A stretch of DNA of 64,000 nucleotides from Octopus bimaculoides (lineage: Eukaryota), in contig NC_068984.1 of NCBI RefSeq assembly GCF_001194135.2, positions 137,119,323-137,183,322 on the forward strand, given 5' to 3'. How positions within the stretch are numbered: the stretch's first letter is position 1; each line of letters opens with the position of its first letter. Below are positions 1 through 12,140 of this stretch, piece after piece. Under the pieces are notes generated by a model that saw only the letters and a list, made by a program, of their open reading frames with translations, did no database searches and had not been told where the DNA came from. A program made the translations under genes and the position numbers.

Positions 1-571
1 TGTTTTTGTTTTTATGCTTTCGTTTCTCATTGTGTTCAACGTTTTTTTCATGTCCTGTACCCATATATGCATGTATGTATACATATATATGTAGGTATGT
101 ACATATATGCATGGATCATCATCGTCGTTTAACGTCCGCTTTCCATGATAGCATGGGTTAGACNNNNNNNNNNNNNNNNNNNNNNNNNNNNNNNNNNNNN
201 NNNNNNNNNNNNNNNNNNNNNNNNNNNNNNNNNNNNNNNNNNNNNNNNNNNNNNNNNNNNNNNNNNNNNNNNNNNNNNNNNNNNNNNNNNNNNNNNNNNN
301 NNNNNNNNNNNNNNNNNNNNNNNNNNNNNNNNNNNNNNNNNNNNNNNNNNNNNNNNNNNNNNNNNNNNNNNNNNNNNNNNNNNNNNNNNNNNNNNNNNNN
401 NNNNNNNNNNNNNNNNNNNNNNNNNNNNNNNNNNNNNNNNNNNNNNNNNNNNNNNNNNNNNNNNNNNNNNGATAAAAATCCAAATTTACAGGTAAAAACT
501 CAATTAAATTCAATTTATTAAAAATTAAAATTAAATTAAGTTTCACAGTATAAAACATAAATATATAGTTT

Positions 572-818
572 TAGGGAAAAGAACCAAGGTTCATGAACTC
601 ATCAATGAAAATCCACTGTCACATATAGAGAAATTAATAAGTAAAATCACAATAAATAAGTATAATATAACACAAAGTAAATATCATAATTATCATTATC
701 TTATGATATTTACTTTATATTATATTATACCTATTTATTGTGCTTTTAATTATTAATTTTTCTATATGTGACAGTGGATTTCCATCGATGAGTTCATGAA
801 CCTTGGTTCTTTTCCCTA
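572..818. mobile_element. Foldback/palindromic MITE-like element
   Basis: The 118-nt arms (572-689, 701-818) differ at about 8 positions and enclose an 11-nt loop. The ends are TA|GGGAAAAG...CTTTTCCC|TA. Confidence 0.75.
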
Positions 819-959
819 TATGACAAAGAAACAACACTATCCTTGTCACATTGGTAAATAAACTGTGACCTCAATATTAGGACACTTAAAATGTGTTTTG
901 TTTCAATGCCATAGAGTAAAACAGAATATATCTATACTTAAAATGTATCTGCTAGTCAT

Positions 960-1210
960 CATTAACAAACTCAAACAAAATGGATGAATGACCATCGCTT
1001 CTAACTAAATGACATAAAATCAGAAATAATAGTCTTCCTCACTAACGAACATATTGATTTTATCATAGAAACCATCTATCTTAATGACATAAAACTAGTA
1101 AATTCTTATGAGGACAAACATCTTGATGTTATATTTCAAAGATATATGATCGTTAATCAACACATAAATCAGATCACCAAGATACTCTTTAAAACACAAA
1201 GGAGTCCAAG
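960..1210 (+). mobile_element. Degenerate L2/CR1-like LINE RT remnant
   Basis: It translates as WMNDHRF*LNDIKSEIIVF ... KHLDVIFQRYMIVNQHINQITK, resembling the post-RT motifs of L2-clade LINEs. Confidence 0.55.
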
Positions 1211-1419
1211 AGATTCTCGTTAACTCCGTTAACTTTGTTATCATGGTGCAGGCGGAGATGTGTGGTTAACAAGCTTGCTTTGCAGCTATGTGGTTCTGGG
1301 TTCAGTCCCACTGGGTTCAGCATCCTGGGCCTTTTTTTTTTTTTTTTTTTCTACCGTAGTCCCATAGCCCTGGGCCAACCGATGTTTTGTTAAGGCATTT
1401 GAAAGACAGAAACTGTGCA

Positions 1420-1835
1420 GAAGCCCATTGCATATTTGTGTGCCTTTGCATGTATGTGTGTATGTTTGTGTTTGCATGTATGTGTGTGTTTATGTGTTCG
1501 CAAGTGTGTGTGGGGGGTGTCTATGTGTTTGAACGGGTATGTGTGTGTGTGTTTATGTGTTTGCATGGGTGTGTGTGTGTGTGTGTGCTTATATGTTTGC
1601 ATGGGTGTGGGTGTGTTTGTTTGCATGGGTGTGGGTGTGTGGGTGTGTGCTTGTATGTTTGCATGGGTGTGTGTGTGTGTGTGTGTGTGTTTGTGTTTGC
1701 ATTGGTGTGTGTGTGTTTGCATGGGTGTGTATGTGTGTTTATATATGTTTGCATGGATATGGGTGTGTGTATGTGTGTGTGTGTGTGCGTGTGCGTGCGT
1801 GTTTATGTGTTTGCATGGGTGTGTGTGTGTGCATG
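1420..1835. repeat. GT-rich minisatellite with recurrent TTTGCATG(G)GTGTG units
   Basis: It is directly visible, follows a SINE head at about 1250-1420, and produces the C/V and H/T ORFs. Confidence 0.9.
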
Positions 1836-3782
1836 TATGATCACCATTACCATTTAACATCCGTTTTCCATGATGCTGGCATTGCATAGAGTTGGATGAT
1901 TCGACAGAAGCTGGCAAGCGAGAGGACGGTGCCAAGCTTTGATGTCTGCTTTGGCACAGCTTCTTCCAGACTACAGACAATGCACGAAACTGATGCATAT
2001 TTCCAGGTTTCCATGCATCAAAGCTGGGAACAACATAACACACCTGATAATTTGCAAAATATCTCAAAACTAATTGTTCCCATCAATAAAAATTGCACAT
2101 TAATCTGTAAAAAAAAAGAACAAAAAAAATAGATTTTCTAATCTTGCTTTCTGTATTTTATCAGAAGCCTTACATTAAGCCAATCAGCAACATCGCTACA
2201 GTAGAGAGAATTAATTAATTATTGTGATGTTGAATCACTTATTATGTAACCATCTGAAGAATTGTCACCAGAAGAAGCTTGTTTCCCAACCAAATGGTTC
2301 CAGGTTCAGTCCCACTGTGTGGTACCTTGGGTGAGTGTCTTCTACTACAGCCTCGGGCCAATCAAAGCCTTGTGAGTGGATTTGGTAGACGGAAACTGAA
2401 AGAAGCCTACCTTATATGGACAATTCTATGTGAAAGGAGGCAAAAGCTGAAAAATTATAAAACTGTGCTACAATGATTTATGTATTTTTATGTTCCTATA
2501 AACCAATAGGATTCAAAAAAGTGAAAAGAAAGTTCCTGGTCACATGACTATTGTCATGTGACAAGGGCAAAAGGTAGGTATTCAATTCCATCCTCGGAAA
2601 AAAATTCACCTTCCATCTTGCAAAGATGTATTTTCAGGAAGAACTGGAGTAAGACTACAGCTTGACAGAGTTATTTCTTTGGAAGATCATCCTGCTTGTC
2701 AGCAAATTCCTAGAAACCATGTCAAAGATAGAAGGTAAAATATTTTCTCAAATTATGAAAATGTACCACCAGGAGTGCATATGGCAGTTGTGTGGAGTTT
2801 GCAATGAACCACCAGTGGTACATGTGGCAGATAATATGATAATTGAATATGATTAAAATAAACACTTACCCTCGCTTCATGCACATAAAGAAAGACATGG
2901 ATAATGAGACCAATATTAAAATGCCTGATATCAAATAAGTTAGCAATGCCAAGTAGGCAGCACCAAAACGGTTGTGCCAAAACTAATTATTTCAGCTGTC
3001 ATTACTAAATGCAACAAAATTGTTTTTTGCCAAAGGAACAGAATATATAATACAAACAGCCTTCTCTAAGATGCCTTCAAGCCCATAATAATATGGCAAT
3101 GGTGATTGGTCAATTGCTTCATCAGTCATCATTACTCATGTGACGATGATGCTGATTGGCTGAATCTATGACTTCCACTAAAAGATTAATGTGCAACTTT
3201 TTATCAATGAGGACAATCAGCTTTGAGATTTATATAATAATTCATGAATTATCAAGTATGAATTAAGATGCCCCGGGTTGTCGCAGGAAACAAAGCTGGA
3301 TGCGTTGTGGCCTATTTCTTACTTGATTAACTTCTTCCAAAAAGAAAAACTCATTCAACCATTAATAATGGTCAAGAGAAAAAAAAAAAAAAAAAAGAAC
3401 AGTTCTAAAATATGAAATCTACAGCCTGTAATCATTTGAGAAATCTTGGACTATTGCAGATTATAAAAACTAAACAAAGCAATAAAGAAAAAGAAGAGGA
3501 GGAGGTAAGTTTTCAGCTATTCAGGATATAATTTCTTTAACCTGAGATGATATGCTGTTAAAATGGTCCACAGCAGAGCAATAAAGATATCAGTTACTGT
3601 GTTTGACAGAATGCTGCTGCAACAGCAGCCATGGAGTGACGTATTCACTTCAAGACAATATAAAAGAATCAATATGTGTGTGTGTGTGTGTGTGTATCTG
3701 TATGTATGTGTATGTGTATGTATATATATATGTATGTATGTGTGTGTGTGTGTGTGTGTGTATATACATATGTGAATGTGTT

Positions 3783-3828
<46 letters not shown>

Positions 3829-4291
3829 NNNNNNNNNNNNNNNNNNNNNNNNNNNNNNNNNNNNNNNNNNNNNNNNNNNNNNNNNNNNNNNNNNNNNNNN
3901 NNNNNNNNNNNNNNNNNNNNNNNNNNNNNNNNNNNNNNNNNNNNNNNNNNNNNNNNNNNNNNNNNNNNNNNNNNNNNNNNNNNNNNNNNNNNNNNNNNNN
4001 NNNNNNNNNNNNNNNNNNNNNNNNNNNNNNNNNNNNNNNNNNNNNNNNNNNNNNNNNNNNNNNNNNNNNNNNNNNNNNNNNNNNNNNNNNNNNNNNNNNN
4101 NNNNNNNNNNNNNNNNNNNNNNNNNNNNNNNNNNNNNNNNNNNNNNNNNNNNNNNNNNNNNNNNNNNNNNNNNNNNNNNNNNNNNNNNNNNNNNNNNNNN
4201 NNNNNNNNNNNNNNNNNNNNNATATATATATATATATATACAGGAATCATATATATAATGGAATCATCTTAAAATTTCAAACAAACTTATT

Positions 4292-4462
4292 TTAATATGG
4301 AGTAGGACCACCTTTGGCAGTAATTACAGCTTGAATTCTACGAGATATGGACTCGTACAAAGTTTGAATTGTTTCCAAACGAATTTTTCTCCATTCTTCA
4401 GCTAAAACAGTCTCCAGTTCTTGTAGTGATGATGGTGAAGGATATCTACTCCTTACTTGTTT
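4292..4462 (-). mobile_element. Tc1 transposase C-terminal remnant
   Basis: KQVRSRYPSPSSLQELETVLAEEWRKIRLETIQTLYESISRRIQAVITAKGGPTPY*, with the typical Tc1 GGxTxY end. It is cut off by a SINE fragment at about 4465. Confidence 0.9.
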
Positions 4463-4660
4463 TTGTAATCAACTTAATCCCTTTGTCTGTCCTTGTTTGG
4501 CCCCTCTATGTTTAGCCCCTTGGGGGCAGTAAAGAAATAAGAATTTGAACTCAAAACATAAAGACAGATGAAATACTGCTAAGCATTTCTCACAGCGTAA
4601 ACAAACAAATATGTAATGTAAATTAATGAAGTTCATAATGTAATTAGAAATGATCTAATT

Positions 4661-4985
4661 ATAAATCTCACAGAGAGACTTAAGTAGCAGTGTTACAATA
4701 AAGCAGTTGTGTACTGTCAACTTAATGTGACAGTCCCAATAAGGGAATCATACTGCTGCTATTTAGCCCTAGGAAGCTGGACCGCTTCCTATTGGCCTTG
4801 ACACATTTTCTGTGTCCTTATATTTGTGAGGGGGAGACAAGCACCTCCACCCAGCCTAGCCTATTCAGGGACATGTTTCTGAGTCATTGTTCGTCATCAG
4901 CCTGAAGTAATACGACCAGCTGGCTGAAGATTCCCTTATTGGGACTGTCACGTTAAGTTGACAGTATACAACTGCTATAATGTAA
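4661..4985. mobile_element. Small element with 57-bp inverted repeats and an internal hammerhead-like motif
   Basis: 4693-4749 versus the reverse complement of 4929-4985 is 53/57 identical. A partial second copy of the left end lies at about 46992-47056. Confidence 0.75.
4864..4906 (-). ncRNA. Minimal type-I hammerhead ribozyme motif (probably with one stem II mutation)
   Basis: ttcagg-CTGATGA-cga acaatgac tca-GAAA-CATG-TC-cctgaa. Stem I is a perfect 6 bp, the core is intact, and a palindromic CATG replaces stem III. Confidence 0.65.
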
Positions 4986-5820
4986 TTGTTTATTCCTTTG
5001 GCATTCTAATTTCTTACACACACAGACACACATACACAAACACACATATCTCATGCTTCTATGTTTCTTCACAGAATGAAAGTTAGAACTTAAGGACAAC
5101 CTATCTGAAAAACAAGAGCATTCTAGACACATTTATATTGGTTAAGGAATAAAATGTTTATCATCTTCTGGTGCAATATTTTAGTTTTACTTTTTCTGCC
5201 TCAAAAAGTTCCATTTAAAATGCGGTGCAAGATATACCAACACTCATGCTTGAATAATTGCCAGGAGAGGAGGCTTTCATTTCAGTTAATGGGAGAAGCA
5301 TCCAGCTATAAACCGATTCTCCGACAATTCAAATGCAAACATTCCAAATTTCTTTTCATTTCCTTTGAATAAAGATACAGAGTAGAAAAAAAAATTATTT
5401 TAAGGAGAGCAGAAAGAGGGTTATGTAATACCAGGCCTTTGGAGACGGCATCAATAACATAAAAGAGCTACTACAACCAGGAGTGAAAAGTCAGGTGAGC
5501 AACTTACCTCAGTATAAGGCTTTGCTCCAGTTTTTAGTGCTCACAGTAAATATTTCAAAGCATTCAAACATCGATATGATAGTATGGGTGAAAAAATTGG
5601 ATAGGTACAGGCATGGCTGAGTGGTAAGAAGTTTGCTTTCCAGCGACATGGTTCTGGGTTCGGTCTGACTACATGGCACCTGGAACAAGTGTCTTCTACT
5701 TTAGCCTCAGGCTGACCAACGCCTTGTGAGTGGATTTGGTAGATGGAAATTGAAAGAAGCCCATTATGTGTCTGTGTGTGTGTGTGTGTGTTTGTTTCCC
5801 CCACTACACTGCAAAACAAC

Positions 5821-6049
5821 CTCTTTTACTCTTTTACTCGTTTCAGTCATTTGACTGTGGCCATGCTGGAGCACCACCTTTAGTCGAGCAAATCGACCCC
5901 AGGACTTATTCCTTGGAAGCCTAGTACTTATTCTATCGGTCTCTTTTGCCGAACCGGTAAGTTACGGAGACGTAAACACACCACCATCGGTTGTCAAGCG
6001 ATGCTGGGGGGACAAACACAGACACACAAACATATACACACACATACAC

Positions 6050-6086
<37 letters not shown>

Positions 6087-6253
6087 CATATATACGACAG
6101 GCTTCTTTCAGTTTCTGTCTACCAAATCCACTCACAAGGCTTTGATCAGCCCGAGGCTATAATAGAAGACATTTGCCCAAGGTGCCACGCAGTGGGACTG
6201 AACCCGGAACCATGTGGTTGGTGAGCAAGTTATTTACCACACAGCCACTCCTG
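5821..6253 (-). mobile_element. SINE family B (tRNA-like head, central (AT/AC)n, GTAAAAGA tail), full copy
   Basis: Near-identical full copies lie at about 10932-11328 (-), 14641-15045 (-) and 38001-38307 (+). Partial copies lie at about 1250, 2275, 5611, 10090, 21700, 25000, 47900, 48960 and 59127. Confidence 0.9.
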
Positions 6254-6427
6254 CACCAGTGTTATTTTGTTTACATCCTTTTAACTTAGCAGTTTGGCAA
6301 AAGAGATCCATGGAATAATTACCGGGCTTAAAAAAGTGCAGGGGTTGATTCATTCGACTAAGAATTCTTTAAGGCGGTGCCCCAGCGTGGCCACATTCTA
6401 ACGAGTGAAACAAGTGAAAGGTAAAAG

Positions 6428-6740
6428 ACATAAATGGCTATAAGCAGGAGTGAAAAAGTCAAATCACAAGCTCACCTCAGCATAAGGATCCACTCCACTC
6501 TTTGATATTCACAGAAAATATTTCAAAATATTCAAACATCAACAGGGTAACAGAGGTGAAAAAAAAATATGGATAGATGGTGATTTTTTCAGAAAAAAAA
6601 AACAATCCCAGCCTTAGCATCAAATCGAGATAAAGATGAAGCTGCTTGGAAAGACTCTGCATAAATGGCAATCTAGATATAACAGGAAACGAATACACTA
6701 TACGAGAGCCATGGTTGATCTACTTAACTCATTACAATTT
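6428..6740 (+). mobile_element. Degenerate CR1/L2-like LINE 3' ORF2 remnant (related piece at ~5458-5604)
   Basis: KLLGKTLHKWQSRYNRKRIHYTRAMVDLLNSL resembles the CR1 tail motif (..RKHFFSNRVVDLWNSL). The 5458-5604 copy gives ..SNIDMIVWVKK, resembling GDMIEVFK. Confidence 0.45.
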
Positions 6741-7292
6741 TGGAAGGAAAAACACAAACACAAACACTTATTAGAAAAATGACATGGCATGGCAAAGTAT
6801 GACAGGACATTGAATGCTGAATATCTAAGATAAACATATTAGAATATATTTATTATAAAGTAAAGGGGAAAAAAAAGAATGTGTACATGGTCAGAAATGT
6901 CAAAAGCAAATAAGCCAGTAAAACGATCTAAGAGACTAGATATATATATATATATGTGTGTATATATGTATATATAGTCATATATATATGAAGAAAATGT
7001 ATATGATGTGGTTTTAAGATAAAAGATAGGGGAATCCATATGTATAGTACGGATTAAGAGATAAAACTTGTTTTCAGTTTGATCATAGAAGTAGAAAGAA
7101 AGATCAAGATTTAGGGTAGCCGCGCTTGCTTTGATGTAAGAGTGGTTCGTAAAAGACAAGAGATAATATACCTGAAATAAAAATATCATCCATTAAAATT
7201 TTGGTTACGTAGAGCAGAAACTATTTCTGTCTATATAGGGTATGTGAATGTATCATGCTTACATCTCTGAATTATTATGAGCATATACATAC

Positions 7293-7381
<89 letters not shown>

Positions 7382-7474
7382 AAATATTCATGCAGAAAAA
7401 TAATATGTATGCATGTCCGCTTTCCATGCTAGCAATCGTCCAACCCATGCTAGCATGGAAAGCAGACGTTAAAC

Positions 7475-7508
<34 letters not shown>

Positions 7509-7663
7509 TGAGTGTGTGTATATGACATAAGTATTGGTAGCTGCATAAAAACAATGAACATTTTATTCTAATAATGTTGGAAGTAACTTTGAAGTCTTAC
7601 CACTGGTAGCTTCTTCACCACCTGTGAAATTCCAAAGTAACTGTCAATATCCTAATAAATAAG

Positions 7664-7709
<46 letters not shown>

Positions 7710-9339
7710 GAGTCCGTAAATTATCTTTACAGCTTCCACAATAGAAGTGTAGAATCTGTAAAGATAATTTATGAACATCCTATCTATGTGTAAATGTTAN
7801 NNNNNNNNNNNNNNNNNNNNNNNNNNNNNNNNNNNNNNNNNNNNNNNNNNNNNNNNNNNNNNNNNNNNNNNNNNNNNNNNNNNNNNNNNNNNNNNNNNNN
7901 NNNNNNNNNNNNNNNNNNNNNNNNNNNNNNNNNNNNNNNNNNNNNNNNNNNNNNNNNNNNNNNNNNNNNNNNNNNNNNNNNNNNNNNNNNNNNNNNNNNN
8001 NNNNNNNNNNNNNNNNNNNNNNNNNNNNNNNNNNNNNNNNNNNNNNNNNNNNNNNNNNNNNNNNNNNNNNNNNNNNNNNNNNNNNNNNNNNNNNNNNNNN
8101 NNNNNNNNNNNNNNNNNNNNNNNNNNNNGGCTTGTGTTACATGGTTAAAGTATATATTTAAAATATGTTAGAATAATGTTATAAAATTGTTTTGGTATAT
8201 ATATATATATATATATATAGGTCTGGTGATGCAAACAGGAAAAATAGAACTCAAAACATGAGTACATGTATATATGGCGTAGTGGTTAAGAGCGTGGGCT
8301 ACTAACCCCAAAATTCCAAGTTCAATTCCAGGCAGTGACCTGAATAATAATAATAATAATAATAAATAAAAAATGGGCAACAGCAAATATTCTGTTCAAT
8401 ACCATTGATTTGCTTGTCAGTTGTTTGACTGTAACCAGTTGAGCATGTCCCTTGGTGGCTGAAGATAAGTGCATCTATGATCATGAGCAGAATTAGTGGG
8501 AGAGCATCATAGCCATGTGTTGAAAGGAATTCTTTGGGGTTTGAATAATTCACCTTTGGAAACATGGGTGTTTTGCTCAACATCCTTAAACAAACTTTAT
8601 TCAGAGACCTTTTGAGTGGGATCAACCTGAAGAAGATTCTAACTGGGCCCCACCGGAGGATGCGGTTTCGATTCCCAGACCGGGCATTGTGAGTGTTTAT
8701 TGAGCGAAAACACCTAAGCTCCACGAGGCTTCGGCAGGGGGTGGCAGCGACCCCTGTTGTACTCTTTCACCCCAACTTTCTCTCACTCTTTCTTCCTGTT
8801 TCTTGAGTAATGCTGCGATGGACTGGCATCCCGTCCAGCTGGAGGGAAAACGTACGCCATAGAAACCGGGAAACCGGGCCCATGAGCCTGGATGGGCTTT
8901 GAAAGGGTGAAAAAAAAAAAATCTAATTCCAAAAATATAATGGGATTTTTTTTTAAACATCAAATGATTATGAGAATCCACCCAAGTAAAATAGGAATTG
9001 AAGGGATCAATAGGTTGAAAATGGTTAAGAAATACCACCCTAGGGTCATATGAACCTTGGTTGAAAACCACAGCGCTACAACAAGTCTACCTTCAATGAA
9101 AGGAAATACATTTGGTATATGAAGTAACAAGCAAAAATTGTAAAGTACATTTATTTGATGATCAGCTATATTCACTATTATGGTTGGCATTTGATAGCAC
9201 TAAATTTGAATCCACTTTAGAGATTCCATTAGACACATTAAGCAAAACAAACATCAATTTACAATGAGCACTTGTGAAACTCTGAAATCCACAAGGAGAA
9301 AATCCAGACATGGATTAGATTAATTTTATTTCAGTTATA

Positions 9340-9580
9340 ATGGAAGAAGAGGAAGAGAAAAGAGAAAGATTTGTCTTGCCTTGGCAGCTAGCTAATTTAG
9401 TGAACTGTCGTTTCAAGTCAAATCTTACTAGCAAAGTAACGAATGGTTTCCGCTTAAGAAATATGAAAGCCTTTAGAATCAAGCAGATATTTAAGAATAG
9501 ATTTCTTCTGAAGATATAGACCAAACTTTATATGCAACTACTCTCAGATTAGAAGATACAAGAATGGAAAAAGATGAAAA
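9340..9580 (+). mobile_element. Degenerate RTE-like LINE remnant
   Basis: ..NLTSKVTNGFRLRNMKAFRIKQIFKNRFLLKI*TKLYMQ.. resembles the RTE post-RT region. Confidence 0.4.
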
Positions 9581-11829
9581 CAGCTACAGATGATAATATT
9601 GGATTATTCTAGTCTTGCAGGAGACATTTGCATTAATTCTAATTACTTTGCATTGCTTTGAAGGATAGTCAAATAAATCGACCCCAGATCTCATGTTAAG
9701 TCTGGTGCTTATTTTTTAGGTTTCTTTTGCCAAACAGCAAAGTTCCAGGGACATAAACAAACCAACATGGCTGTCAAGTGGTGAGCAAGAGAGAAACAAA
9801 CACAAACAATACACACAACATTATTATCATCATCATCATCATTTAACGTCCTTTTCCATGCTGGCATGGGTTGGACAGTTCGAGAGGAATTAGCAAGCCA
9901 GAGAGCTACATCAGGTTCCATTCGTCTATTTTGGCACAGTTTCTACAGCTGCATATTTTACCTAACACCAATCAGTTCACAGAGTGTACTGAGTGCTTTT
10001 CCCATGGCACCAGCACCAGTAGGGTCACCAAATAGCTTGTAATCACACACACGCATGTATCATCATCATCGTTTACTGATCTCATCCCCAGATATAATTA
10101 TCTTCTATCTTTTACTTGTTTCAATCATCAGACTGTGGCCATACTGGGGCACCACCTTGAAGAGTTTTTAGCTGAAAGAATCAACCCAGTCCTTTTTTTT
10201 CTTTTTTGTAAGATGGGTACTTTTTCTATTGGACCCTTTTACTGAACCACTAGGTAACAGGGATGTAAACAAACCAACACCAGTTGCCAAGCGGTGGTGG
10301 GGGACAAACATACACACAAAAACACACACACACACAAAAACACACACACACACACACACAGATATACATCAATGAAGATATATATGGCAGACTTCCAATT
10401 TCCATCTACCAAATCCACTCACAAGGTTTTGGCCGATCCAAGGCCATAGCAGACAATTCTTGCTCAAGGTGCCACGCAGTGGGACTGAACCCAGAACTAC
10501 ATGGTCGGGAAGCAAACTTCTTACCACACAGCCACTAGACACACCTAAACAAACTAATCAGTAATAGCACATAGACCTAACATTAACATAATTAATGGTT
10601 AGATTTTTCAATAACTTCACAAACAGCTTGATAACAGTTTGACATTTGCTTTCATTTTTCTATGTTCAAATAAATTTTTTTTCTTTATTTATACACGCAT
10701 GAATTGCTCAGAGCAAATGTTTTAATACTCGGATATCATTTCTGTACAAACCATCCAAGCATGAATGCAAGAATGACATTTCTTTTTATCAGCTGGGTTA
10801 ACCAAAGCATATAAGGTGATATTTGTAGCCTAAGGACATAAAGAGATATTGCACAAAATAAAAATGTTGAGATCTAGGTTAGTAGTTTGATGTCAGCAAG
10901 AGTAGAAAGCTCTGTCGTTATTTGTTTATCATTTTACTCTTTTACTTGTTTCAGTCATTTGACTGCAGCCATGCTGGAGCACCGCCTTCAGTCGAGCAAA
11001 TCGACCCCAGGACTTATTCTTTGGAAGCCTAGTACTTATTCTATTGGCTCTTTTGCCAATCCGCTAAGTTACGGGGACGTAAACACACCAGCATCGGTTG
11101 TCAAGCGATGGTGGGGGGACAAACACAGACACACACACACACACATATATATATATACATATATGCAATGGGCTTCTTTCAGTTTCCGTCTACCAAATCC
11201 ACTCACCACAAGGCTTTGGTCGGCCCGAGGCTATAGTAGAAGACTCTTGCCCAAAGTGCCACACAGTGGGACTGAACCCGGGACCATGTGGTTGGTAAGC
11301 AAGCTACTTACCACACAGCCACTCCTACCGCCTATTAACTTCTTTTTTTTTTTATTTGTTTCAGTCATTGGACTCTAGCCGCCATGCTGGGGCACCACCT
11401 TGAAGGGTTTCGTTGAACAAATCAACCCAAGTACTTGCTTTTTCAGCCTGGTGCGTATTCTATTGATATTGTTTGCCAAACCACTAAGTTATGGTGATGT
11501 AAATAAGCCAACACTGGTTATCAAGCAGTGGAGGGGCAAGGGACACAAGCACGTCGTCATCGTCGTTTAACGTTCGCTTTCCATGCTAGCATGGGTTGGA
11601 CGATTTGACTGAGGACTGGTGAAACCAGATGGCTACACCAGGCTCCAATCTGATTTGGCAGAGTTTCTACAGCTGGATGCCCTTCCTAACGCCAACCACT
11701 CAGAGAGTGTAGTGGGTGCTTTTACGTGTCACCCACACGAAGGCCAGTCAGGCGGTACTGGCAACAGCCACGCTCAAAATGGTGCATTTCATGTGCCACC
11801 CGCACAAAAAAAAAAAACAAAAAAAAAGG

Positions 11830-12140
11830 ACAGACTATATTCTGAAATGACAGATACAACCGCAACCAGGATTGAGGACCGAATTAACACCGCATGGACT
11901 GACATTTGTAGATGGAGACAACTACATAGCAAATACAAAGAACAGTGGATTACCCAGATTCTATCACCTCATTAAAATACATAAGGATAGCAACACGATC
12001 CAGATTAGACCCATCGTCTCCAGTGTGGAAGGACCTCTATACAAAATAGACTGATTACTCTCTCACATCCTGAAACCCATGCTCTCCACCTTTCCTGGAA
12101 ACGTCAAGAACTCCGATGAAGTCATCAAAAGACTTAAGGC
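11830..12140 (+). mobile_element. Penelope-like element RT fragment
   Basis: SGLPRFYHLIKIHKDSNTIQIRPIVSSVEGPLYKID*LLSHILKPMLSTFPGNVKNSDEVIKRL carries the PLE signature PxFYxLxKIHK..RPIVS. Confidence 0.88.

Noticed and set aside
2640-3660. Apparent exons, including a minus-strand hydrophobic stretch FWHNRFGAAYLALLTYLISG... and plus-strand GRTGVRLQLDRVISLEDHPACQ...
   Set aside because: The phases do not chain, the acceptors are weak and I recognise no family. The hydrophobic reading is the antisense of a K/D/N-rich decayed sequence, probably a TE remnant. BLASTx would settle it.
5458-6576. Two ~75%-similar segments with a conserved minus-strand donor-like GAG|GT(A/G)AG, considered as duplicated exons, a selenoprotein TGA or a snoRNA pair
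   Set aside because: All minus-strand frames have stops, the changes are mostly non-synonymous, and there is no good C box. The plus strand resembles the CR1/L2 ORF2 tail, so these are more simply old LINE remnants.
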